Positions 12,899 to 26,021 of a DNA stretch of 64,000 bases are shown piece by piece (the first letter of the stretch is position 1; each line of letters starts with the position of its first letter). This stretch comes from Octopus sinensis. Taxonomy: Eukaryota. The position numbers and the translations under genes were made by a program. The stretch spans positions 166,656,001-166,720,000 of the forward strand of contig NC_042998.1 in assembly GCF_006345805.1 (NCBI RefSeq), read 5' to 3'. The notes under the pieces were generated by a model. That model made no database searches and was not told where the DNA came from. It worked only from the letters and a program-made list of their open reading frames with translations.

Positions 12899-13570
12899 TA
12901 GCTGCTTTTCCCGGTTTCACCCGGGTAGTTTGGTTGATGTTGCTGTAAAAACCTGCTATCATCTAAATATTTACCTCCTCTTTGTATTCAAACACCAAAA
13001 ATAAAGTTTAAAAAACAAATATTTTAAGAAAACAAAAAGGAGAAAAAACCCTCATCATTCCACGTTTAACCTTGACAGAGTTTCCCAAGGTAGTGTGTGC
13101 GTGCGTGAGAGAGAAAGTGTGTGTCTGTGTGTGTGTCTGTGTGTCTGTGTGTGTGCGCGTGTGTGTGTGCGTGCGTATGCGTGTGTACACGTGTTTGTAT
13201 TTGCGGGCCGTTTGGAAGGTCAATACACAGTAACGGTGTGTGAATTTGCTGGTAATGGGTGGTAGGAGGAGAAAGAGGAAAAAGAGGAAAAGTGGTAGGG
13301 AGGGTGAGAAGTGGATGGGTGGGGAGAGAAGAAAGAAAGAGGGGAAGGTTAGCAAAAAAGGGCTAAGGATTAACCAATGGACATCAACAACAAAACTGCT
13401 TTAACTACGCGTATAACAACAACAACAACGACAACAAAAGCAACAGCAACAACTGCAATCTGACACAAATTGCTACCATTCCGTGATATGTGGAAGGGAA
13501 TGCCCTAGTTTGTTTGGAAGCAAAATCTATTGGTTGACAATTAGGTATCTAGGTTGTGTTTTGTATATTT
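12898..13570 (-). mobile_element. Non-autonomous Helitron
   Basis: Minus strand ends cccgggtgaaaccggg hairpin + aaaagcag + CTAG|T next to (TA)n; 5' end approximate. Confidence 0.65.
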
Positions 13571-13634
13571 AAGTAAATAAAACATTAGTTACGAAAGACG
13601 ATAGTGTGTGTATGTATATACGTACGTACGTATG

Positions 13635-13685
<51 letters not shown>

Positions 13686-13876
13686 TGTATATATGTATGT
13701 GTGTATGTATGCATGCACGTTTGTATGTATGTATGTATCATGTATGCATGTATGCATGGATGGACGGACGGATTGATGGTTGGATGGCTGGCTAGATGGA
13801 TGGATGGATGGATGGATGGATGGAGGGACGAAAGGATGTGTGAATATATGTATGCATTTGTACCTCTGTTTCTAGA

Positions 13877-13907
<31 letters not shown>

Positions 13908-14938
13908 GTTAATAAAATAGAACATATGCATATATATAAACATATATGTACGTACCTACCTCTACATGTACATATACACGCATATATGTGTACAGGACAC
14001 CAAAAAGACGTCGAACACATAGAGAGACGAAACACATAGACACAAACCAAGGAACAAGACAAGCAAAAAAAGAGAGAGATACAGGACAATAAGCACAACG
14101 AAAAATCCCCTTCTTCAGTCGCTAAGGTTTCATCTACTAAACGTTTCATATATATATATATATATATATATACATTCAAACATATGTGTGTGTGTATTAT
14201 GTATGTATACATCCACGTATACATGTATAGCTAAAAAGTAGATTGGTATATTTTCATGTATGTACGCATACACACAAACATACACACGAACACGTGTATG
14301 TGTGTTTGTGTGTATATATATGTTTATGTATATATGTATATATTTATGTATTTATGTATATATCTGTATTTATGTTTAAGTATGTATGTATGTCATTGTT
14401 CAGTTTTATTTCAAGATTTCTTGCCAATAGAGAAAGAGTATGTATGTATGTATATATGTATGTATGTATTATGTACGTATGTACGTATGTACGTATGTAT
14501 GTATGTATGTATGTATGTATGTATGTATGTATGTATTATGTATGTATGTATGTATGTACGTGTGTATGTATGTATGTATTCATGTATGTAATATTCATGT
14601 ATGTGTGTAATATCCATATGTATGTAATAATCCATATTTAGGTCAGCAATTTACAGAGTCAGGAGCTTTCAAATATTTAGTTACATTCCATCAAATTCTG
14701 TCAGTGTTCGTTAAAGCTCTTTTATTTCTTGGGATAGATTAGTCAGTACCAGAATCAATATAATTTGCTTATAATTTTCTTCTAAAAATCAATAAGAACT
14801 GATTGACCGATAATGGATACTTCTGATCTTCGAAAAGATCTAATGATTTATTATATTTGTCCCTATGTTATTAACATACCCATAAGTCCATTAAAACATA
14901 GTTTTCTCTCACTCACTCACTCTCTCCTCTCTCTGTGT

Positions 14939-15082
<144 letters not shown>

Positions 15083-15249
15083 CAGATGAGAAAATAAATT
15101 TCGAACGCAGTATATCTGTGAGAACAGCAGAGAAAAATTATCCTCTTATAAGACGGAAAAATTTACCAGAAAGCGGTACGTTAATCGAACCCGGTACCCG
15201 TCAGATAACGGCTGATTGCCCTACCATTAGTAGAACACACAATGGTAGA

Positions 15250-15430
<181 letters not shown>

Positions 15431-15509
15431 ATAGATACATAGAAAGTTATTTATAGATACATACACCCACCCCACCACGAACACACATATATTAGTTGTC
15501 AACTTGTGC

Positions 15510-16930
15510 TCGAGTATGACGTCTTGGAATTTCTTCTTGAACCTCATTCTTTGCATGAACTGATTTCGTAGATTACTTCATGCCATCCTTCAACTTCATC
15601 ACTTTGCCACACATGTTGCTCTTCAAACGAAGTTGCTAGGGTCCTGCACCTGCTTTATTACATCATGGCCTCCAATGTGGCTCTTAAAACTAGCAAGAGA
15701 AAAACAAATTTTTTTCTATATATTTCACATTGACTACTTTTGTCCGCAGCTCTTGATGTTCTTATTTGCTTCCTCTTCCGAATTGCTCTTTTGCATGATG
15801 TATGCCGAATGTTTTCCCTTCCAAATAATTCTTCCCCATCAAACATTGTTTTTCTCTACTTTGCTCTATTAGCAGCTTGTCATTTTTAGTTCACAACAGA
15901 AATAGCTCAATTCTTCAAGTTCATCTTATGAAGGCTTTTGTACTGCTGCCTGGTTGTTAAGGCTTCCCTCTTTCTTTGTTTCAGTTCCACATAAAACAGT
16001 TTCTTTGGAATTCTGGTATTACTCATTTGAACAATCTACCTTAAAACACTCCGAACGATGATGGCTTCAGCGTTAGTAATTTGAGCTTTGTCTAGATCTT
16101 CGATATCTGGGATACGTGTGGTCCACTTACCATTGAATATATATTTCAAACAGCATTGATGTGACCGTTCGAACATCTTAACCTAGTGCTTGTAGATCAC
16201 CCCAGTTTCACGGCCATGCAAATAAAGCTGAGAGCGCATTAGTTTTTTAGATGAGTTTGCACTTAATCTGATCCCTTGTTGTAACTACAACTAGCTTTCC
16301 AGATTTCCGAAAGCAGTCGAAGCCGTCTTCATTCTGCGTAAGATCTCCTCAAAACATGCATCATCTGACAGCACACTTCCCAGATAAGTAAAAGGCTTTA
16401 CCATTTTTAATACTTTATCTTCAACTAATAAACTTTGGTTTAACACCTGCTTTTCCAGGTGCAACATTCAACATAACTTTTGTTTTCACATTCATTTACA
16501 CGCTACAAGTTTTGCATGATGCGTTAAAAAACTGCAATCAGATGCCGCAGTTTTTTTCTGTGAGATACTAAATCACAGTCATCAGTATATTATAGTTCTC
16601 TTAATAAAATATTCAAGCATCTGCGGTAAATTTCCTGTGGATGTAGATTCTTTTAGTATTACGTTTGAAGGCTAACATAAATATTGCTATAAAGTAAAGA
16701 GCAAATGACGTTGGTTCAAGAATGTCTCCTTGCTTTACGCCGCTTTTTATCAGGAAAAAAATTCAGATAAATTCCAATTAAAGTACTCTCTAGCATTCTT
16801 ATCATGAAAAGATTGTATCGAATCAGTAAACTTATTTGGATAAACAAATTTCCTTAACACATTCCATAGCATCGATCAATTGACTGAATCAGATGTCTTG
16901 ATCTCATTAAGATAAAAAATCATTGATATA
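15510..16930 (-). mobile_element. Old RTE-clade LINE ORF2 relic (RT to C-terminus), many stops and frameshifts
   Basis: LWNVLRKF...KSGVKQGDIL, YTDDCDLV, FTYLGSVLS, FERSHQCCLKYI..KW..RIPD, RIPKKLFYVELK, plus decayed C2H2-like fingers. Confidence 0.88.
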
Positions 16931-18270
16931 AATAAAGATATATGATTAGTGCCCTACACAACATTTTTGGATAATTTGAAACAGAACGGAAAACTATTAC
17001 TAATTAACAGAAACTAATTTGTATAAATTTACATTTGTATGTACGTATGTATGTACACTATATAGATAGGAAGAAGTATAAACTTACATACACAGAGGTA
17101 CATGCATACGTACATCATAGCAATTAATTTTGAGTTGGTACAGTTAACTATTATGCACGGAGAAAAATAATCTAATGATGTTAATCTATTAATCAGAAAA
17201 CATTAAATGTATAAGATATGATCTACATGTGTAAAACTTTAGAGCAGTAGATATGACCAAATTTTCGAATTGAATACAACATCAAATAATCAAAAAGCTC
17301 AAAATATCCATCAGCCTAATCCATCGTTTGGATGGAAGCTTCCACAGTCGTAATTATAAAAGATTTTTACTATGATTTATAGAGTACCCTAAACACTGAA
17401 CGAAGTCATCTTCTGGGTTTTCAACATGAAGGCTGTCTCTGAACATACTCCTTGGAAACTCTCTTCTGACTTCAGACTCTTGGAATTTAATATTGTTGTT
17501 CTGCAGCCAAACAGATGGATTATGCACCGAATACTACACGGATGCACCAAATCATCAAACTCTGATACTCGATCCACTACACTGACGTGAGAAATTGTTT
17601 GTTCAATGTAAAAGGATGTTAGACGTCTTAAAACCCAATTTGAAATAGGACTCAAAAAGAGAGAGAACACCGACGAATAGATATACATTGACGAATAGAT
17701 CCAACGGATGTAAATAACGTCTGCTAGAATCATACGGAAGATATTTTGTAAATTGTTCGGGAATATATCTAATTAATTTAGACGAACTTTTCATCAATCT
17801 CAAGTAGACCAATGTCATCTACCAAGCACATATGAAAGCCTATGATCTCAGCTTATAATACCAAACTAAGCACTAATATTGGTTGATATTATTTCAATCC
17901 ATTCTGGGGCTTTTGAAACAATAATAACATCTTTCAAAACAAAATATACATGTAACAAATTTGTAATTTTCTTATTTTCTAGTATGGCAGTGAGATGAAC
18001 CTGCCATCAGAAATATATCTAGTATAATAGAGTACGAAGTACCCCCTCAAGGAATGTACCTTCTATCTTGTAGGTATGATACTGTATTGCAATCTCTGGT
18101 GGGTCATACAAGTTAAAGTATATGTGTATTTATGTATGTATAAATACACACAAGCGTACATACACATACACACACATACACACATATGTGACATGTATGT
18201 ATGTAATATCCCTATAATAGCGTTTTCTCCGGTTAGTAGTTACTACTACTATTGCTGCTACTACTACTTA

Positions 18271-18306
<36 letters not shown>

Positions 18307-18330
18307 GACTACTACTACTACTACTACTAC

Positions 18331-18371
<41 letters not shown>

Positions 18372-18374
<3 letters not shown>

Positions 18375-18585
18375 CATACAAATTTTGACACAAGGGCAGC
18401 AATTTTGGGGGACGGGATGAGTCGATTACATCGTCCCTAGTACTTCACTGGTACTCATTTTATCAACCCCGAAAGGATGAAAGGCAAAGTCGACCTCGGC
18501 GGAATTTGAACTCAGAACGTAGTGGCAGACGAAATACCGCTAAGCATTTCGCTCGGCGTGCTAACGATTCTGCCAGCTCGCCGCC
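18372..18585 (-). mobile_element. Full-length SINE family A
   Basis: Head ggcggcgagctggcagaatcgttagc through tail, followed by (TTA)n. Confidence 0.9.
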
Positions 18586-19297
18586 TTAGTAATAACAATA
18601 ATACAATTTTTTTACTTTTTGTCTAATTATCACTCATTTTCATACTATAATGTGCATACGATTTTATGCATATTCAGAGGGAGAAACTGAAGGAAATGTA
18701 GATAAGAATAAGCTACTACTACTATTACTGGTGGTGGTGGTGGTGGCGGTGGTGGTGGTGGTGTAAAAAAACATAACTAAATGGAACAAAGTTAGCGGGA
18801 AGTGAGTTGCAGAAGCAATAAGAAGGGGTCGGTTATTAAGCATTTCCTCGGCGCAATTGAGCGGGAAATATCAATGCTATTAGATATAATCTAAGTGTCT
18901 GGAGATCTTTCTCCTTTCTCTCCACCTGCAAATGTCAACGGGAGTGAGATGGTGGAGTCGGTGGGCGGGGTGGGAGTGATCAGTCTTCCGACACATAAAA
19001 TTACACACACCGACAAACACACACTTAATTGCACTTACTTGTGGAAATACACGTACATAAACGCACACAAGCGCTGAAACAGGCACACATACATGTACAC
19101 TTATACATATACGTGAGCATAATAATGTCGATGTTTATTTTAAGTTTTCGTGATTTTCCATTGTCTGTATGTCCATCAGTGTATTTTTTAAACCGTAAAC
19201 AGAATCATGCCAGTGCGTGTGTATGCACACACACACACACACTCACATACTTATATTCATACATATATACTAATACTTAAATATATATACATATATA

Positions 19298-19362
<65 letters not shown>

Positions 19363-19462
19363 TGGCCTGCTCGCTTAGCCAGCGGGGTGGCGTCATTCGA
19401 AGGCTAAAACAATGCGAATGCATTGTGACCAGCGATGTGTAACTACATCTGATGGACTGGTC

Positions 19463-19518
<56 letters not shown>

Positions 19519-19519
<1 letters not shown>

Positions 19520-19900
19520 TAGCAGTATCACCCGGCGTTGCTCGGGTTTGTTTCGACCCGCTGGAATTGGAATTTTTGAAAAGTAAAAATTTTGCATTAT
19601 GTAGCTTGTTATTCTCTTAAAGTGAACATTTTTCTGGTTGAAATACACCGTAAAATGGCGACACAACAGTAAAAAAATCGTAAAAAATAGAGTTTTTCAT
19701 AGAAAAAAAGCACCTTTTTGATGTAAATAATTTTTGGTGTTAATATGGTCTGATTTGAATTTTTTCTTCTGCGGATGGAAGAGCAAGCCTTCTATCATAC
19801 TCTCAATTTTGGTCAACTTGTGTCGCAGGGTCTCGAGGGAGATAGTGTTAGTTGAAGGCTACCAAACCTGCCATACGCAGACAACTTCAACTTTATATAT
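19519..19900 (-). mobile_element. Non-autonomous Helitron within (TA)n
   Basis: cccgagcaacgccggg hairpin + CTAG|T; terminus nearly identical to 28804. Confidence 0.75.
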
Positions 19901-20351
19901 ATATATATATACACACACACACATACGTAGAGAGATAGAAATATATGTATAGTATGTACGTATTATGTATGTGCGTATGTATATATGTGTATGCATGTAG
20001 TCTCTTCTATTTTTAATTATTATAAATCTTCCACTGAGGAGGAAGCCGGTTTCCAACAAAGATACAAGGCTCCATCTTTGGGATGTATTTAATAGAGACA
20101 AATTCACATTTGGAACTTGAGAAAAAACTTGCATATTTTTACTGTCCCACTCACAGATTGCACTTGTAATGTACGAATTAGCCGCTCGATGTATGTATGT
20201 ATGTATGTATGTATGTATGTATGTATGTATGTATGTATGTATGTATGTATGAATGAATGTGTGTATGTATGTATGTATGTATGTATGTATGTATGTATGT
20301 ATGTATGTATGTATGTATGTATGTATGTATGTATGTATGAGTGAATGAATG

Positions 20352-20386
<35 letters not shown>

Positions 20387-20554
20387 TTGTATATACGATC
20401 ACAAAAGGGCATTCCAAGCATCTGAAATCATACAAAAAACTTAAATTAAAATTTCCATATATTTCTTGAAATATCAATATTTCCGTTGATCAACAAACAC
20501 AGATCCGTAGAGTTATTTCCTATGTCGCATCGAAGCAAAAGAATCTATTTTACC

Positions 20555-20690
20555 CTAGGGACAAAGCCCGAAATTTTGGGGGAGGGAACCAGTCGATTAG
20601 ATCGATCCCAGTATGCAACTGGTACTTAATTTATCGACCCCGAAAAGATGAACGGCAAAGTCGACTTCGGCGGAATTTGAAACCGACTCA
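20555..20690 (-). mobile_element. SINE family A, truncated
   Basis: Core and tail match. Confidence 0.8.
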
Positions 20691-21129
20691 TATTCGTAGA
20701 CGGAGTACAGCAGCACACTCAGCACATATATACGCTAAAAATATATATACATGCATACTCTTTTACTCATGGCAGTCATGGTGGAAAAGGATAAATTGAA
20801 CAAATCGATCCAATATTTGTTTCTAAGTCTGGTACTTTTTCTATCGGTCTCTATTGCCGAAACGCTACAGACATACATGCATACATGATGGCTGCAAACT
20901 CGTGATCGAATATTGCCATCACCTGATCGAAGGTCCCATACATACGAAAGCTACGACCAGCTATTTTTGTGCTAGATATTACTTTTTTTCAAGCTATGCC
21001 TGTGCATGATGATTTTTTATGGTGGAAAAAGGATTTGCACAAATCCAATCCCACTCTCTGAACATGGAGAACATAAATTCGAAAAGGAGAACTAGTCTAC
21101 ATCATCGAATATTGTCAGTGTCGCAGGTT

Positions 21130-21477
21130 TTATCCCAGAGTTTCCTTCTCATAGAGAGATGTTGTAACAACAACAGAGGAGCCTTTCACTCCCAGTAGGC
21201 CAACCACGCGCCTGGATACCAACCCAGATATTTCGACGTTCCCCCGCATACATATATGCATATATACACATGTACACATATTGTTGGATGGCCATTAACT
21301 ACTCATGAGGTCTTCCCCACATCGACTGGTCCTATTTTTCCTCCTGCTGTGTGTCCGATAATCACCATCCTCACCAAGCAAGCTTGATGGGGTTGCCAGT
21401 TTAGTCGCCAACGACCCGACCATGCAACACGTTGTATAGGGTTACATGTTACCAGTAGCACCCAAGAGCGACCTGAC
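21130..21477 (-). mobile_element. Diverged copy of the RTE-like 5' leader seen at 22030-22522
   Basis: caccaagcaagctt...ccgaccatgcaac...ggttacatgttaccagtagca...gacctgac is shared with 22410-22522. Confidence 0.7.
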
Positions 21478-21652
21478 ATAAACACATACATACATACATA
21501 CATACACACACACATATTATACATACATAATACATGCATACATGTATATATACATGCATACATACATACATGCATGCATACATGCATGCATACATACATA
21601 CATACATACATACATACATACATACATACATACATACATACATACATACATA

Positions 21653-21970
21653 GGAGCACTCCGTCGGTTGCAACGACGAGGGTTCCAGCTGATACGATCA
21701 ACGGAACAGCTTGTCCGTGAAATTAACGTGTAAGTGGCTGAGCACTCCACAAACACATGTACCCTTAACGTACTTCTCGGGTAGATTCAGCGTGACATAG
21801 TGTGTGACAAGGCTGGCCCTTTGAAATACAGGTACTACTCATTTTTGCCAGCTGAGTGGACTGGAGCAACGTGAAATAAAGTGTCTTGCTCAAGGACACA
21901 ACGCGCCGCCGGGAATTGAACTCACGACCTTATGACCATGAGCCGAATGCCCCTAACCACTAAGCCATAC
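21653..21970 (-). mobile_element. SINE family C
   Basis: tRNA head tggcttagtgg...gagttcaattcc, CORE-like tgtgtccttgagcaagacactt, tail shared with the 9299 copy. Confidence 0.88.
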
Positions 21971-22522
21971 ATGGTGGCTGCCCCCTCGTTATCGAGTATG
22001 GCCATTGCACGAAGCTTAATCAATGTTATTATCGTGCAATGCCTGTCGAAGAAGATTTTTTTTAAAGTGAGGAAAGGCTGTGCACTGAGTCAATCCCACT
22101 CACTAAGCAACAGCAGCCATAATCCGAAAAGAAGAACAAGTCAACATCATCGGTAACCACTGAGCCGCAGGTTTTGTGTCGGAGTTATCCCCGTTACCTG
22201 AGTTACCTTCTAGAAGGATGCCCTAACAAAGGCTGGGAGTCCTTCACTCCCAATGGTTTAACCGCACGATCGGGTATTCAGTCCGATTATTTCTATGTCC
22301 CCGCGCATGTTACATCCTTAAGACGTTTATTGGATGGCCGTTGACTCTCAAGAGCTCCTCCGCCCTTTAACGGGTTTTGTTTTTCATCCCGCAGGGTGTC
22401 CAATAGACACCCTCCTCACCAAGCAAGCTTGGTTGGCTAGCCGGTTTAGTTGCCGACGACCCGACCATGCAACAGGTTGTACTGGGTTACATGTTACCAG
22501 TAGCACTCGAAAGTGACCTGAC
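21971..22522 (-). mobile_element. Non-coding RTE derivative: putative 5' leader fused to the RTE 3' tail
   Basis: 21971-22030 matches the 3' end of the RTE copy at 3124-3185. The leader assignment for 22030-22522 is from recalled RTE 5'UTR motifs. Confidence 0.6.
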
Positions 22523-22727
22523 ATACATACATACATACATACATACATACATACATACACGCGCGCATGCTTTGAGTCCTGGTCTCCTTGATATAGTCTA
22601 GAGGTGCCATCATGATACATGATACAATGTCTTTAGCAGGTACTTCTTAGAACTAGCAGTATCAATTTCTCTTCAGCTTTAATCAGAGCTGATTTCTTCC
22701 AGAAAGACGAAAGACACGGAGACACAA

Positions 22728-22758
<31 letters not shown>

Positions 22759-22976
22759 AAAGAGCGGACGAGTTAACGAGACCAATCAACCCTTATGCAG
22801 GACTGGTACTTTATTTTTTAATCTCGAAAGAATATAAGGCAAATTTGAATTGGCGGGACTTGAACTTTCAGATTGCAAAGAACTAAAATGTTTACTGCAA
22901 AGCAATCTTTCCGACGTTGTAACGAATCTGAAAATTAGCAACTTGTGTGTGCGCGCGCGCGCGCGCGCGCGCGTGT

Positions 22977-23025
<49 letters not shown>

Positions 23026-23587
23026 GTGTGTGTCTGTGTGTGCGTGTCTGTGTGTGTGTGTATGTGTGTGTGCGCATGGGTGCATGTATGTGTCTCTCTG
23101 TGTGTCTGTGTGTGGGTATGTGTATGCGTGTGTATGTGTGCGTTTTTGTGTGTGCATGTGTGTGTTTGAGTGAGTGTGTTTGTGTGTCTTTGTGGGTGAG
23201 TGTGTGTGTGTCTTTGTGTGCATGTGTGTGTGTATCTTTGTGTGCATATATATATGCATGTGTGTGTATGTCTGTTGGGAGAGAATAGATAGACGTGTAT
23301 GAAATTAGGTTATATAATCTAAGCAAGATATCTAATCAGTGATAGTACACACCAAGTTGTCGGTTACATATCGTTATGTCTAAATAAATTTTAAAAAAGG
23401 AAAGAGGGGACCTCAAATACACCAAATGAGAAAAATTATGCAATACTTATCACACAATGCTTTGTAGGATATTTAGATCTCACAGTAAATATTCGCCGTG
23501 TCAGATGATATTAAACTATTAAGCTGTTTAGTTTACTTGTTTAGCTGTACTTATAGCTACTAGTTGCTGACTCCTGATTTGTTAAAT

Positions 23588-23931
23588 CAGGGGTTCTCAA
23601 CCATTTTTTATGTATGGACCCTTTTGATTGGTATTTTATTCTGGTGACTACTCTCCCCATCACCATTCGATGTTTAAAAACTAGTTTTATAGAATGCTAT
23701 TTATTAGTGTTTTCACACATTAACTTGTGTAGGTTGAACTCTGTAAAATGTTATAGAAAGAAGACCAGATGTTTCTTGTAATACCTACAAATACACACAG
23801 CTAAAGCAAAATTTTGTTAGGGACCCTTAAAATATTATTGTAGATCCCCAGTTTACTATTTTGCTGTGTAGATCCCCAAAAATCTTATATGGAGCTTCAG
23901 GGGCTATATGGAGCCCGGTTGAGAACCACTA
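23588..23931. mobile_element. hAT-type MITE
   Basis: TIRs caggggttctcaacc / ggttgagaaccacta; 8-bp TSD tgttaaat / tgttagat. Confidence 0.85.
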
Positions 23932-24115
23932 TGTTAGATAAATTATCCATTGAGTTAAAAGCAACCAGATTTTTTTTATATGATTCCGTTCTGTACGGAG
24001 GAGTCGATGTAGTTGTTACATAACAAAAAGTTTTTCCATACAAAATGCTCAACAAAATCTTGCTATCTAATTTGAACAAGCAGATGAGTCAAAATTAGTC
24101 GATGTTCCCAGATCT

Positions 24116-24780
24116 TCATTTGGGGCTGATGTTAAGCTGGGTCAAGCTCTCCTTAGCATTTTTTCTGCTTCCTTCAGTTTGGATTCCTTCAGACAAAAAA
24201 TTACTTTTGGCATTGTTTAGTGTTACGTGTCGAGGGTAGTATCCAATATTGTCGCATGAGCGTGAGTGTAGTCCGAACTTGTCAATAGTAGCGTCACAGC
24301 GGTATTCGTGTAGCTTAGATACGCAGTGACAGAAGCACATCAATTCCGAGCGTATGCACTCATCAAGAAGGGTGCTGGCCGAGAAAATTAATACTGTGTT
24401 ATGCCAGATGTTTGATTGCAAGACAGTCCAGTGACGGGAAATAGAGTAGATAAAGGGATGATTAGATTCTAGTTCTGGAGTAACTAAATTTGATATTGTC
24501 TCAACTGTACTGGTTATCAACATCTCTGGGGACAGCGAGATCTATATAAACCCAAATATCTTGCACAGACTCGTAATCGTGGTCCATGCCAAGCTCAGAT
24601 GTGTTGCGGAGAATCTCACGGATGAATATACGGCTGGTGGGGGTGGGGTGGTAAGATATAAGTTGCAAATACCCTATTGGATATTGAGGCCCCCGAACAT
24701 CAAGGGAAGTCACCTTTGCTACTGGCCAGAGTAGTCGAAAATGACATTTTACTTCCTGGAGCATTTTGTGATCAAGCACT
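24116..24780 (-). mobile_element. CRE-like (RLE-type) non-LTR retrotransposon fragment, post-RT zinc-knuckle region
   Basis: STLLDECIR...KLHEYRCDATIDKFGLHSRSCDNIGYYPRHVTLNN resembles the GTLLD..RI....PHxCRCGxxVDxxGxHxLSC....RH..LN pattern of CRE elements. Confidence 0.65.
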
Positions 24781-25799
24781 TTATGATAGTCGTAACGGAA
24801 TTTGTCGCTAGTATGACATGAGTGTCTTAATCACTGTTTGTATAATTCATATACGAAAAAGATTCCTACTTACAGATCAAACCACAACCAAAGGTGTCAC
24901 TTGGAGATAGCAATGATTATTGCTTGTGTGGAGAAAATATGGGTAAAGAGTGAGTTCCAGAAAACTGCAGTTTTTATTAGGATGGATTAAGCAAAAGGTT
25001 TTTCTTTGTTTTTTTTTGCATGGGTTTGAGGATAAAACATAATAGGAATAACAAGAAAATCAGAGACAGGTGTAGAGAACTGATTTATGCAGTAACAAGC
25101 AGAGTAGTAGGAGATGTTATAGTTATGGTAGTAGAGAGATAGATAGAGAGGGTGGAGAGACACACAAACAGAAAGAAAGAGAATAAGCTTTGCTTTTGTG
25201 GTTATAATGTGTGGGTTAGTTTTTACTAATTAGATTAGCTGCGTGGCTTTTTGACAGGCGAGGATATTTGTATCTGCAGTAGCATTGACAGCAGATATGT
25301 GAGCTGCACTTTAATGTTAACGTCCTTGACAAGCTGTAGAAGTTCAACAGCAGATATAAAAGTGAAGTATTTTTTAGCTCTGAGGAGCCAGTCTAACCTT
25401 TGAGAAACAGTTTTGATAATGTTATAGATACGTTGTTGAGCGACTTAATTATATGCTGTTCGAGCACTGGGAGTGTATACAGTAACAAGACAGGTTTTCA
25501 TCGATCTATACAGTGATGGTGTTGCTGGGCTGTTGTCGTGTCAGTGTATATTTTTGCGTTCACGCCAGTCTGGCGTAAAGTATCAGGGGTCATACAATTT
25601 TGGCATGTCTCTGCAAAAGGTTAAGGACAACTGAAAAGTCGTCTCGACTACATTCAATTATATGAAGTTAGACGAGCCAGCGAACATTGATTTGCATTAT
25701 GATCATAAATTTCGAATAGTATATCAACTCGCACACCCTCACATTTGCTCCCCTTATTTGACTACACCTAAATACACAAGCAAACGAGGAACGGTTATA

Positions 25800-26021
25800 T
25801 GGCAGAAACGTTAGCACGACGGGCGAAATGCGTAGCCGTATTTCGTCTGTCGTTACATTCTGAGTTCAAATTCCGCCGAGGTCGACTTTGCCTTTCATCC
25901 TTTCGGAGTCGATAAATTAAGTACCAGTTACGCACTGGGGTCGATGTAATCGACTTAATCCGTTTGTCTGTCCTTGTTTGTCCCCTCTGTGTTTAACCCC
26001 TTGTGGGTAGTAAAGAAATAG
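25800..26021 (+). mobile_element. SINE family A
   Basis: Near-consensus copy. Confidence 0.9.

Noticed and set aside
20030-20075. CTGAGGA followed by a ggaa/ttcc hairpin
   Set aside because: No GAAA and no stems I or III, so not a hammerhead.
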